From the human T2T-CHM13v2.0 reference genome, Homo sapiens: a DNA stretch of 64,000 nucleotides. Where the stretch lies: NCBI RefSeq assembly GCF_009914755.1, contig NC_060943.1. One strand, given 5' to 3'. Of the stretch, positions 1 through 23,322 are shown piece after piece (the stretch's first letter is position 1; each line of letters starts with the position of its first letter). The notes beneath the pieces were generated by a model. It made no database searches. It was not told where the DNA came from and saw only the letters and a list, made by a program, of their open reading frames with translations. A program made the translations under genes and the position numbers.

Positions 1-54
1 TGTAGGAGCCGGGGTGCAGTAGGGGGTGGGGGTGGGGGGAAGGGGAGGGAAGAA

Positions 55-350
55 TCTGATTGGCCGAGGAACCAAAAAGTGGAAGTAGTTGGTAGGGTGG
101 GTAGACAAGCAAAGTCTGATTGGCTGGAAAGTAGGATATGGAAGTCTGATTGGGTGAGAGTTAAGAGAGTAGTTTAATTGACTAAGGCAGACTCTGATTG
201 ACTGAGGGGTTGGAGAGCAGCGTTTAGTTGCGGGAGGGGGAAGAGGGCGGAGTCTAATCGGATGAAAAACAGGAGACTGGGGTTTGATTGACTGAGGGAT
301 ATGAGAGCATTTAATTTGCTGAGGTGTGGGAGGGTGGAATCTGATTGGCT
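55..350 (-). promoter_or_regulatory. Array of CCAAT boxes plus a GC box (promoter-like)
   Basis: CTGATTGG with ATTGG at 59, 119, 149, 344; near matches at 177, 197, 257, 287; GGGCGGAG at 245-252. Confidence 0.6.
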
Positions 351-772
351 GGGGGAAACTCAGCATGAAGTTTCCCCGGGGGTGTTAGCAATGTCATTTC
401 TGCTCTCCTTCACAAATCCCGTGTCTCTGGGCCCTGGTAGAAGGAGGTGGAGATTAATCTCCTAGGACTATGGGGAAATGGAGGCAGATGTGTGTGGAGG
501 AGGGGAGGGGGCTGAGTCACTCCAGGCAAAGGCCAGAGAGGACACCTCCCCAACCATACCTGCTGAGAAAGAATCTTGTTCTCCACCTCCCATCACGCCT
601 CCTGCAGAGTGACCACTAGGATTTATGGCCCAGAAGAGAGAGGTGTCACCCAGCCCCTCTATAATTCCCAGGGAGGAAGCAGGGGTCCTCTTCATTCCTT
701 CCCCTTCCCCAGCAGAACCCCTTCTCCCCAATCCTTTCCCTTCCTAGGGGACCACACTCTTCATCTCTCTAG

Positions 773-1120
<348 letters not shown>

Positions 1121-1398
1121 TGAGCTACCTCGCCCGGCCCCCACTGCGTTTTTATCGCTATTGTCTTCCTCCACCGGGAGCTTCTCTCCCCTCCCTTCCT
1201 CCACCCCAATCTTCCTGTTTGACTGTCTTTATCTCTCTTCCTTCACCCTTCTTCTTCTCTTCTACTCACTCCGTTAAAAACTCCAGCCTAGGCCAGGCAC
1301 GGTGGCTCATGCCTGTAATCCCAACACTTTGGGAAGCTGAGGCTTGAGCCCAGGGCAACATAGTGGGATCCCCCCTGCCCATCTCTACAAAAAAATTA

Positions 1399-1545
<147 letters not shown>

Positions 1546-2737
1546 CTATCTCAAAAACAGAACAAAACCTCCAGCCTAAATGATGCCCAGGTGGAAAACC
1601 TTGGAGTTACATCCAGTCTGTCAGCAAATCCCATCAGCTCCACCTTTTATTAAACAAATCCCAAACTCTACCACCTTTCACAACTCTAAGTTCCTTCAGG
1701 GTTGGGCAGTGAGGAAGCAAGCTCTTGCTCCCCGTTTACTCTGTTCATGATATTGCAGCCAGAGGAAGCCTGTTAAAACCTCTCAGGGGACATCCCTTCT
1801 CTGCCTAGAACCCTGTATGGCTCCCACCTTCCTCAGAGTAATAACCTAAGCCCTCTCAGTGGTCCCCCAGGTCCTAGACAACCTGTCCTGTCACTTCCCT
1901 GCATTTATCTCCTCCCGGTATCCCCCTCACTCACTCTGCTGCAGCTTCAATGGCCTCTTGACTGTTCTTTAAGGCATGGTCCAGCCTCAGGTCCTTTACA
2001 CAGGCTGTGCCCTCTGCTTGGAATGCTTAAGATCCCTGTTCAAATATCAACTCCTCAGAGAGGGCTTCCACATCTCCTTACCTTGCTAGGTTTTGTCCCA
2101 TAGCACATATCACATAGATTATACACTTTTAATTTATGTGTTTTTGTTTATTCACTGCAGAGCAATGCCTGGTACCATGTGCAAACTTGGCATTTGTTGA
2201 ATGAATATGTGCTATGTGACAGCTGGGGCTGGGGACAAGGCAGAGAAAGAGAAAGATCCCTTTTACCTGCGTGGAGTTTACAGCCCTATCCAGGGCTAAA
2301 CAAATCATTCCAAGAGGCAGGCACGGTGGTTCATGCCTGTAATTCCAGCACTTTGGGAGGCCGAGGCGGGTAGATCACCTGAGGTCAGGAGTTCGAGACC
2401 AACCTGATCAACATGCTGAAACCCTGTCTCTACTAAAAATACAAAATTATCTGGGTGTGGTGGTGCATCCCAGCTACTTGTGAGGCTGAGGCAGGAGAAT
2501 CACTTGAACTCGGGAGGTGGAGGTTGCAGTGAGCCAAGACCGCGCATTGCACTGCAGCCTGGGCAGCAAGAGCAAAATTCTACCTCAACAAAACAAAACA
2601 AAACAAAAACAAAACAAAAAAATCATTCCAAGAGCAATTTTACTGGGAGCGAGGACACTCAGGGGCTGTGGCTGCATTGAGTATGGGCTGGAACTAAGCC
2701 CAGTGACTGGGGAAGCCCTCAGAAAAAATGGCCTTAA

Positions 2738-3495
<758 letters not shown>

Positions 3496-3798
3496 TGAGG
3501 TTAGGTTATTTGTAACTCATCTTCTTTCCATGCAGGCTGGCTGTGTCCCTCCACCGGAGGTTCAGAACTCTTGACAGGTGGACCTCTTTGCATAGCCCTG
3601 TCTGGTCCAGGTTCTAGCAACTTTAGTTCCTTGGCCCCAGGTCCTAGGGGTGGTAACTAATTTCAGCTGTTACCAGCCCCTGGTGTGCTGCACTATCCCT
3701 TTGAAAATAGTGCTTTTTATTAAACTCTCTACAAATTACTCCACTTAAGTGTTCGGTCTGTTTCCTGCCGAGTTCTTTTTTATTTTTATTTTTTTTGA

Positions 3799-3906
<108 letters not shown>

Positions 3907-4604
3907 TAGCTGGGACTACAGGCGTGAGCCCCCATGCCCGGCTAATTTTTGTATTTTTAGTAGAGACAGGGTTTCACCATGTTGACGAGGCTGGTCTCGA
4001 ATTCCTGAGCTCAGGAGATCTGCCCGCCTCGGCCTCCCAAAGTACTAGGATTACAGGCATAAGCCACCGCGCCTGGCCCTCTTTTGTTTTTAGAGACAGG
4101 GTCTCACTCTGTTGCTCAGACTGGAGTGAAGTGGTGCAATTGTAGCTCACTGAAACCTCAAACTCCTGAGCTCAAGCAATCGTCCCACCTCAGCCTCCTG
4201 AGTAGCTGGGACTACAGGCATGTACCACTATGCCTAATTTGTTATTTTTTATAATTTTTACAAAAAATTATTTTTTTTAGAGATGGGGTCTGGCTATGTT
4301 GCTCAGGCTGGTCTTGAACTCCTGGACTGAAGCAATCCTCCTGCCTCGACCTCCCAATAATAATAATTATATATATAATTATTATATATATTATATATAA
4401 TAATTATTATATATTATATATATATATAATATATATAATATATAATATATATATATATAAAGTATTTATTTTAATTGAGGTGAGGCCGGGCACAGTGGCT
4501 CATGCCTGTAATCCCAGCACTTTGGGAGGCTGAAGAGGGAGGATCACTTGAGGCCAGGAGTTTGAGACCAGCCTGGCGAACATGGCAAAACCCCGTCTCT
4601 ACTA

Positions 4605-6125
<1,521 letters not shown>

Positions 6126-6554
6126 GGCGAGATCCCTCTTCTTTTTATCTTTGACTCCCTGCCATGACCTGCCACATCCACTCCCAGACAGCTTTCTACT
6201 ACCATTTCCCAAGTCCAGCCACAGCCTCCACTTCCTCCCCTCCCACTTCAACCTCACCCCACTGAGCCCTGGGCTGTGGCAGGCTGAGGGCTCTGGTGGC
6301 ATGGGAACCACACAGCTCTAGAGCTTGGGTTCCTTGACGTCTAGGTGCCAGTGATGGTCCCTACTACCACTCTTCTCAAACTCCATCTCCAGCTCCAGCT
6401 CAGTGCTGCTGCCTGTCCTCTCTATAAATGTAGCTATGATCTCTGAGGTCAGGAGTTTGAGACCAGCCTGGCCAAAATGGCAAAACCCTGTCTCTACTAA
6501 AAATACAAAAATTAGCCGGGCGTGGTGGTGCAAGCCTGTAATCCCAGCTACTCA

Positions 6555-6966
<412 letters not shown>

Positions 6967-7204
6967 TTAAAAAAAAAAAAAAAGTGGCTGTGATCCCCAC
7001 TTCTGCCCTCCCCTCCTCTTCTCTGCCCACCTCCCTCCTGAGTGATCTCGCTGACCTACTGCCATGCCATCCACCGTCTTCCCAAGGCAGGTGACTCACA
7101 GATGCAATTCTCAGGAGGTGCCCTCACGCTGAGCCCAACTGCCTCCTGGATGTCTCCCTGAATGTCATCCCATGAGACCCACGAGACTTTTAGACTGAAG
7201 GTGA

Positions 7205-7405
7205 CCCACGGTTTCCCAATCTTAGCACTGTCAACATTTGAGCCTGGATTATTCTTTGGGGGTGGGGGTGTTCTGGATGTTGAATAATATCTCTGGCCTT
7301 CACCCACTAGATGTCAGTTGCACCACCCTGAATTCCCCCACCCCCACCTCTACCCCCCACCCAGCAGTATGATCTCCTGATGTTGCTAAACATTCCCTGG
7401 CGGAA
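7205..7405. mobile_element. MER20-like hAT DNA transposon remnant
   Basis: ggtttcccaatcttagcactgtcaacatttg...ctggccttcacccactagatgtcag resembles the MER20 consensus. Confidence 0.55.
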
Positions 7406-9399
7406 AACTCTACTCTGCTGGGATGGCCCCAATCAACTGCAAACTCAAACAGCTGATGTTTGTCCAGCCTGTGCCCTGTGCCAGGAGTGGGGCTGAACAC
7501 CACCTCATCACATGGGCTTCTTCTGCATTTTATGCATAGGGAGATGGAGGCTCAGAGCAGCCATGTGACTAGCTCAAGGCCACACATCCACGAAGCCCAC
7601 TCTTAGTGCTCCAGGCCCTTTCACTTACTCCTCCTTCCTGGTCTCCAGCTCTTTGAGAGCAGAGAAGCCAGGCAGATGGCTTCTTTTCCTTCTCTCTTCC
7701 CTAGAACCCCGTATTTAGCCAGTGGTCAGTGGAGATGACCTCCGGGACCTCATCCTTAACCCCTTCCTGGGTCTCAGCTACCCCCACCCTTTGTCTCTGT
7801 CCCCTGCAGCCACTGGAGGGGTCCCTCTCAAACTTCACTCTATGTGGATCTCTGCATTTTCCAAAGTGCTTCTAGTAAGCTCCCCCTTGGCCAGAATTAC
7901 TGGCAAAACAAAATTCATATCCCTAAAAAATAGGCTTTCATGCTGCGTTAATTATGAATAAAAAATTAATAAAATAAGCTCTTCCTCAGAAGTAAAAAAG
8001 ATTAAAGACACAAATAAATATAAATATTTTTTTTTAAAAGTTCTAGGAGCTGGGAGAATGGCTTGAGCCCAGGAGTTTGAGACCAGCCTGGGCAACATAG
8101 TGAGACCCTGTCTCTAAAAAAATGAAAAAAAAAAATTAGCTGGGTGTGGTGGCACGTGTCTGTAGTCCCAACTACCCAGGAGGCTGAGGCAGGAGGATGG
8201 CTTGAGCCCAGGAGTCACCCCAGCCTGGATGACAGAGTGAGACCAATCAACTAACAGGGGGCACCTCCCCTACTCAAGCACCATCCATGGCTCCCCACTG
8301 CCCACCAGATCAAGATCCAGCCATTCAAACTGGCCTTCACAGTCAACTCCTGCATCCCTCCAGCCTCCACACCTCTCACACTCCAAGGCCAGGGAAAGCC
8401 ATCTGCTAAGTCACACCCTCCAGTTTCTCTGTGCTTGAGCTCTACCCCCTCTCCTGCACTTGTTGAAATCCAACCTCTCCATGCAGTCCCAGCTCAAGTG
8501 TCACATCCTCCACGTCGCCTTCCCTGACCTCATGTCTGCCTCCTCCAAGCAGCAAAACTTCAATTACTTGTGTCTCCTCTTCTTCACCAGGAGACATGCC
8601 CCACACCTCCCACGCCCTCTTTCCAAGGGCCCAGCACCAAATGAGAGCGTATTCTTAGAAAAAAGAGGGATAAGGAAGTCTTCTAAGTTTACCACCTGCT
8701 GGGGCAAGTGGAGATTCTTGTCTTCTCATCTGTCTGCCCACGTGCTAAGGTCAGCCACACATCCACCCACCGACTCCGGAGGACAGACACATCCAGAGGC
8801 GGAGCTGACTCTGTCTCCACACATCTGGAGTAGACGGGTTGGCCAAGGACAACATCCTGGTCAGAGGGTCAAGGTGTCTGGCAGTGGGTGGGGAGGAGTG
8901 GCGGAGGGCGGGTTGGCGGGGAGCAGAACCAGTCTGGTGCTGCTTGTTGAGGTTGGAGGTCTTCCTGGAGGAAGAGGCTGCAGAGCCTCCAGGGGTGGGT
9001 GCCGGGGAAGCTTAGGCCCAGGATCCAGAGAGAGGGGAAGGGCTGGTTCCCAAGGGCTGGTGGAGCCAGAGAATTCCTGAGGGCCCCAGAGGAGGCTTCT
9101 CGGGGGGGTCAGTGGGGCCCCAGGGGGTGATGGTTTAGAGATCGCTGTCCAAGCTTGGGAGCAAACCTGGAAGTAAGGGCCATGGGGGGTGTTGGTGTGG
9201 GAGGAGTGTGGTCCAGAGCGGGACTTGGGCGCTAATGCGGCCCAGCAGTGGCAGGAGGGCGGGGAGCCTGATGGTTTGGGACTTCTAGGTGTCCAAGTCT
9301 CTGTCTCTCTTCATCTCTCCATCTCAGTCTCAGTCTCTCTCTCTTTCCATCGCTCTCCACCCCTCCACACGCCTATTTCTTGTTCTCTCCTTTTCTAGG

Positions 9400-9860
9400 G
9401 GGCAGCGCTGGAGTCCCCGCCCAGAACCCTGCGGGAGCCCGGGGCGGGATGTCCGGGGGCGGACCCCTCGGCACGGCCGGGCGGGGTTAAAGGGTTGGGC
9501 CGTGGGACGGCGCGGTCAGATCCCAGGTAGTGGCGCCGGTGGATCCGGATCGAGGGCAGGAGGCTGAGACCCGCGGGTGAGTGCGCGCGTGGTGAGGGCT
9601 GTAACCTGAGCGCGGCCGCGGCGCTGCGCTGGAACCCGAGGCTCGCGCGGTTCGGTGCTGGCGGGGCAAGGGCGAAGGTCTGCGCGCGGCGGCGGGCGGG
9701 GCGCAGCCGGCCACGGGGACCCCCCCAGGACCCAGGACGGGGCTGCATGCCCGGGGCACTCGTGGGGAGAGGGGCACGTGGGTGTGTCCCCGACGTTTGC
9801 TGCATTTGTGAGTTGTTTTCTTTTTTTTTTTTTCTGTGTGCGCCTCGGAGTCCTAGGCGC
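9400..9860 (+). promoter_or_regulatory. CYP4F22: CpG island promoter of CYP4F22
   Basis: Dense CpG; GC boxes at ~9415, 9441, 9456, 9479; TATA-like TTAAA at 9487-9491 about 30 nt before an Inr-like TCAGAT (9516-9521). Confidence 0.85.
9518..9576 (+). other. CYP4F22: Exon 1 (5' UTR, non-coding)
   Basis: Strong donor CGG/GTGAGT at 9576/9577 just downstream of TATA-like/Inr elements; no ATG. Confidence 0.8.
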
Positions 9861-10814
9861 ATCCTTTTCTCTGGGTATCTGTGATGGGCAGGGGGCCTCC
9901 AAAAGACCCCTCTGGTAGTCAGGACATCCCAGATGGGTTCAAGCCCCGCCCTGGGACGCCTCTTTGGGGCTGAATGGGGATTCGCCCTGAGATTTCACCA
10001 CTGCACGTTGTCTTGACGGGGAGGTTGTAGTACATTCAACCGATGGGGTTAGGCTTGTGGTTCAACTGCTATCAGGAACCCTCTGCCCATCCATGCCAGA
10101 CGCAGAGCCCCTCTATGAAAAGACGGTGTTCTTCTGGCCCCGAGAGTTGGCTCTGAGGGTTGTGTGAGGTCCTGGGGTTGGTCCCAGGTGATCTTCGTCT
10201 GATAGATGCTGGAAGGAAGATGTTTTCTGGCCTCCCAGGGGCCTGGCCCAGCCTGGGTATGCAAGTTGGCCGAGGCTGGCCACCTGGGGAGTCGCAGGCT
10301 GGAGAGGCCTAGGCTCAGGGCATCTCTCCTGGTTCATCTGCCCGCTCACAGCTCATTCATGCACTCATTGTGAGTCTCACCGCCCTGTAGGCAAAGGAGA
10401 TGGCCAGGGCTGGCTGCGTACCCGAAATTCCTCCTACCCTGTGCCCCTTGCTCCACCCCTTATTTCTAGGTCCTGGAGCTGTGCCCAGCCAGGGCTGGCA
10501 GCATCAAACTCCTTCTTGTGTAACTCCAAACCCCAAAGAGAAGGAACCTCCCCAAATCTTCCCTACCACCCTCATTTTACAGGCACGGAAACTGAGGGCC
10601 AGAGAGAAGAAGCCTGTGCCTGTGGATACCCAGTGCCCAGTGGGAGAGCTGGGATTTGAAAAAACAAGCCCTGTTTGACCCCAAAGCCTCAGTCCACTTT
10701 CCGATGTCCCCGGCATCACCAAATGGCCCAGCTTGGGTTTCTGAACAGTAACATTAACTCTGGCCTGGTGTCTGGCGGTGACCCAGGTTGGTATCTGCAG
10801 AGGGGCTTGGATGA

Positions 10815-11301
<487 letters not shown>

Positions 11302-11854
11302 TGACTCATCTCTCCTTGTTGATAAAACTTGGACCTGATTCTCCAAACCCCAGATGGCCAGGTCACAATAATGAACGTGATGGCAGCACCAACAGTAATG
11401 AGAGATATCATTGATCAAAGGCTTACTATGTGCCTGGAAGATTGCAGCCCCATGAGGTGGGTAAATAGGGCTTCTGTCTTAATGGATGAAGAAATTGAGG
11501 CTCAGAGAGGTGCAGACACTCACCCGAGGTCGCACAGCAAAGAGGCAGACCTTTATAGAATCTTTTCTGAGGCTCATGTCCAGGTGTGGCCACACTTGGG
11601 ATGGTGGGCAGAAACAATTACAACCCTGCAATGGTCTAGATTATTAGTGGTTTTAAAACTTCTTTTTCTGCCAGGATCCCCTTTGGGCCAAGGAAATTAT
11701 TAGCAAAAGGTTTGAACATGATCAAAGCTGCGATAGGACTGTCTCCTTTACCACATTTGCCAACTTGGCCCTGCCCTCATTAGTCATAAATGACTCTGAA
11801 GCTCTTTCTCAGAACCTTAGAAATTTAGAGTGCTGAGTGGAGACTGAAGACCTA

Positions 11855-12115
<261 letters not shown>

Positions 12116-13376
12116 TGAGTAGCTGAGACTACAGGCATGTGCCACCATGCCTGGCTAATTTTGTATTTTTAGTAGAGATGGGGTTTCTCCATGTTGGTCA
12201 GGCTGGTCTCGAACTCCCGACCTCAGGTGATCATCCCTCCTCCCAAAGTGCTGAGATTACAGGCATGATTACAGGCATGAGCCACCGCGCCCAGCACTAT
12301 ATTAATTTTTTTTAACAAAAAAATTAAAAAAAAATTAGCTGAGCATGGTGGCAGGCGCCTGTAGTCCCAGCTACTCAGGATGCTGAGGTGGGAGGATCAC
12401 TCAAGCCCAGGACGGGGAGGTTGCAGTGAGCCAAGATCACACCACTGCACTCCAGCCTGAAGGACACAGCAAGACCATGTCTAAAAAACAAAACAAACAA
12501 ACAACAACAACAACAAAACAACTTAGAAGTCCCCTCTCAGCTCCAGCCTTCTGGGGTCTGGCACTTTGGGGGAATATGTGAGTCTCTGGGGTAAGCCAGC
12601 CCTCTGATGTTGAGGAAGCCAAGGTGGCACCATGAATCAGTGGGGACGGGGGCAGGCTGCCTTGACTACAGGCTTGGAGTGAAAAGGAGGGCTGGGATTT
12701 GGGGTGATGGGGCCAGCGTTGGGGTGCTCTTCCATCAGGCTCCTGGCTGGTCCCAGCCCCTGCAGTTCAAGAAGAGGCATGTATCTCGTACCTGGCGTCG
12801 GCCTGGGTCCGTGCCCTCCACTCCTTCTTGGGAGCCCACACACCTTGTATAACAAGTCCTCAGTGGGTGAACGGCTGGGCCAACCTGACAAACCAGCGCG
12901 ACCTGGGCGTGGGCCGGGACACGGAGCCAGTCGCTGGCTTTCACCACCACCAGATAATGCGGGCCCTGGCAGGGCAGGGCCACCTCTACCAAGGCGGGCC
13001 TGCTGGATGAGATCGGGGGCCGGTGTAGATAGGGAGTGGACATGCCAGCCGCCCACAACATTCTGAGGGTGTCACCTTTGAATTGCTCTCACTTCTATCA
13101 AATAGCAATAATAGGAGTAGTCATCATGGCTAACATTTTGTGAGCTACGTGACAAGGCCTTTCCATGCCTCATTTCACTGAGCCGTCCCAAAAACCTTAG
13201 GGGGTAGGTCCTGTTATTATCAACCCATTTCACAGATTGGCAAAGGGAGGCTGATGGCAGGGACTGGGTTCACCCAAGGCTGCTAACCTAGGGAATAGGA
13301 GAGCTGAGATTTGAACCCAGGCCTGTTGAAGTCAAAAGCGAACATTAAATTAAATTAAATTAATTTTAGTTTTTGA

Positions 13377-13837
<461 letters not shown>

Positions 13838-14039
13838 TAATGAATTTTTATAATTGATTCAATTTTTTTTGAATGGGTGACATGTGCTCATGGTATAGGA
13901 AACCAAAACGACTGGAAAAGTGGATAGTAAACTTAAGTTTCCCTTCCACCCCTGTCCCGAGTTCTTTCAGGCCCTTTCCAGAGGCTGCCACCATTTTTCC
14001 TGGGTCCTCAAAGCTTTTCTCTCTCTCTCTCTCTCTCTC

Positions 14040-17868
<3,829 letters not shown>

Positions 17869-17887
17869 TTTTTTTTTTTTTTTTTGA

Positions 17888-18326
<439 letters not shown>

Positions 18327-19214
18327 TGATTCCCATTTTGTAGTGGAGAAACTGGAGGCTTCCAGAGAGTGTCCCAACTGGGGACTCACAACATGTGGTC
18401 CTGCCTGGGGGCAGAGCCAGGGGTTGTTTGTCCTGGGAAGGACTTCAGCCCATGTCTGGTAGGGGGACGGGGAGGTGAAGCGGACACAGGGCTCCACAAC
18501 TCCCCTCTCTCACCCTCCCCAAGCACCCATCTCCCCATGTACCCAGCCACCTGGAGCAGGGATCCCTCTCTAGGGCTGGCACCTTCTCTTATCCCAATTC
18601 TTTCCCATTTCATTCATTCCAGAAGACATTTCCTTTGTTGAGATTTCAGCTGGGATTTTCCTGGGTGCGAGTTGGGGGCTCTAGCTGTGATTTCACTCAG
18701 AAGTCTTCCAGCTCTCTTTAAGGCTTACTGGGAAGATGGAGTGAATGATAGTGAAAATCATCACACATAACAGGCACTCAATGATTCTTTGGAGAGTGAT
18801 CTAGGGGAGGTGGCTGATTGTGGTGCAAAGGAGTGGACCATCAGGGCAGAGCTGGGGTTGGAGGATGAGGAGCTGGTGTGGGCACAGCTGAGGAAAGGAA
18901 TGTGGATGGAGGGAACAGAATGTGCAAAGGCTCTGAGACGGGAAGTTGCTTGGCCTGTGGAAGGAGTGGCCTGGAGCAGCCTGAGGTGAGCAAGTGAGGA
19001 GGAGGGTGGTGGGAGACAGGGCTAGAGGCATCAACAGGGGTAAGCCATGTAGGTTGTTGTGGTCCATGACAAAAAGTCTAAATTTAGCTGGATGAGGTGA
19101 CTCATGCCTAGAATCCCAGCACTTTGGAAAGCTGAGGTGGGAGGATTGTCTGAGACCAGGAGTTCAAGACCAGCCTGGACAACATAGCCAGACCCCATCT
19201 CTACCAAGAATTTA

Positions 19215-19457
<243 letters not shown>

Positions 19458-19574
19458 TCAGGAGATCGAGACCATCCTGGCTAACACGGTGAAACCCCAT
19501 CTCTACCAAAAATACAAAAAAAAAAAAAAAATTACCTGGGCGTGGTGGCAGGCGCCTGTAATCCCAGCTACTCA

Positions 19575-19769
<195 letters not shown>

Positions 19770-20184
19770 TTAGAGCAAAGTGGGGAGCCATGGGAGAATT
19801 TTGAGCAGGGAAGGTTCATGATCTGATTTAATTTGAGGAAGATCCCTCTGGCTGTGTGTGCAGAATGGACTTCTTGCAGGGAGAAAGGACGGAACTCAGG
19901 GGACCAGTGGGAACGGGCCACTGCAGTGCTGGCCTGCTGTGGGTTGGGATGATGGGGATGGAGAATGATGAATGGATTCTGAAGATGTTTAGGATGGACA
20001 ACTAGCAGGACCCGGCAACAGATTGGATGTGGCTGAAAGGGGGAGGAAGAGGGTGAGGTGAATCTGAGAGTCTAGGAGATGCCCCCAGGGGGATGTTCAG
20101 GAGCTGGCTGGACCTGGCAGTGCTGGACACTGAGACATGGGAATTGCCTTTGAGATAGGATTTCTGAAACCACGGGAGGGGTGA

Positions 20185-20610
<426 letters not shown>

Positions 20611-21188
20611 TGAGGCTGAAGTGGAGGATGGGCAGGAGTGAGTTCCTGAAGGGCTTTGGATGCCAGGCTGAGGGGAGTAGGGAGCCATGCAGGGTGTTAG
20701 AGCATAGGAGTCACAGGCTGTTAGAAAGGGGATTGTGGTGGCTGGAATGGGACTGAACTGCAGCCAGGTGGCTCCTGGGGGTGGATGTGATGATTCATGT
20801 GACCCCTGTTGGCTGAATATGTTGACTCCCTCTCAGCACTTTTGGGCCTGCCAAGATGGTAACACCCACCCCACACCCACTGACCGGGCTGCAGACGAAA
20901 AGGTCACACTGGTGTGGACCCAGAGATCATCTTTTTATAGTCACCCCGAGGTACAAACAGGGAAACTGAGGACCAGGCCACATAGCCAATTGGTGAGGAG
21001 GCAGACATAGAATCCAGATGTTCATCGTGTATGTTTGTGTCTGTGTGTGTGTGCGCGTGCACAAGTACATGCATGCATTTAAAAAGAAAGTCTCAGCCCG
21101 GCGTGGTGGCTCAAGCCTGTAATCCCAGCACTTTGGGAGGCCGAGGCGAGCAGATCACGAAGTCAGCAGATCGAGACCATCCTGGTTA

Positions 21189-21979
<791 letters not shown>

Positions 21980-22179
21980 TAGTAGAGACGGGGTTTCACC
22001 ATGTTAACCAGCATGGTTTCGATTTCCTGACCTCATGATCTGCCTGCCTTGGCCTCCCAAAGTGCTGGGATTACAAGTGTGAGCCACCACGTCCAGCTGT
22101 GATTGGCTTATTTCACTGAACAGGATGCCCTCAAGGTTCAACCCTGGTGTAGCATGTGTCAGAATGTCCTTGCTTTTGA

Positions 22180-22500
<321 letters not shown>

Positions 22501-22719
22501 TGAGCTGCCCCCTCAGCCTCCCAAAGTGCTGGGAGTACAGGCATGAGCCACCCCGCCCAGCCTACTTCCACGTTTTAGTGATTATGACTTGTGCTGCTCT
22601 GAACATGAGTGTGCAAATATCTCTTCGAGACACTGCTTTCAATTCTTTGGGGGTATATCCCCAGAAGTAGAATGGATGGATTATAGGGTAATTCTATGTT
22701 TAATTTTAATTTTTTTTAA

Positions 22720-22824
<105 letters not shown>

Positions 22825-22841
22825 TAGAGTAGCTGGGATCA

Positions 22842-23322
<481 letters not shown>

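Noticed and set aside
9540-9590. Possible RT motif DQEKAFDRV (QEA..D.RVS) in exon 1
   Set aside because: Needs frameshifts and lies only a few codons from the GCxLS-like block instead of about 55, so not counted as evidence.
12828-12990. Weak resemblance to neighbouring PGLYRP2 (GAHT.., GV.RD......F)
   Set aside because: Motifs are in the wrong order relative to PGLYRP2 and flanks do not align; treated as chance.
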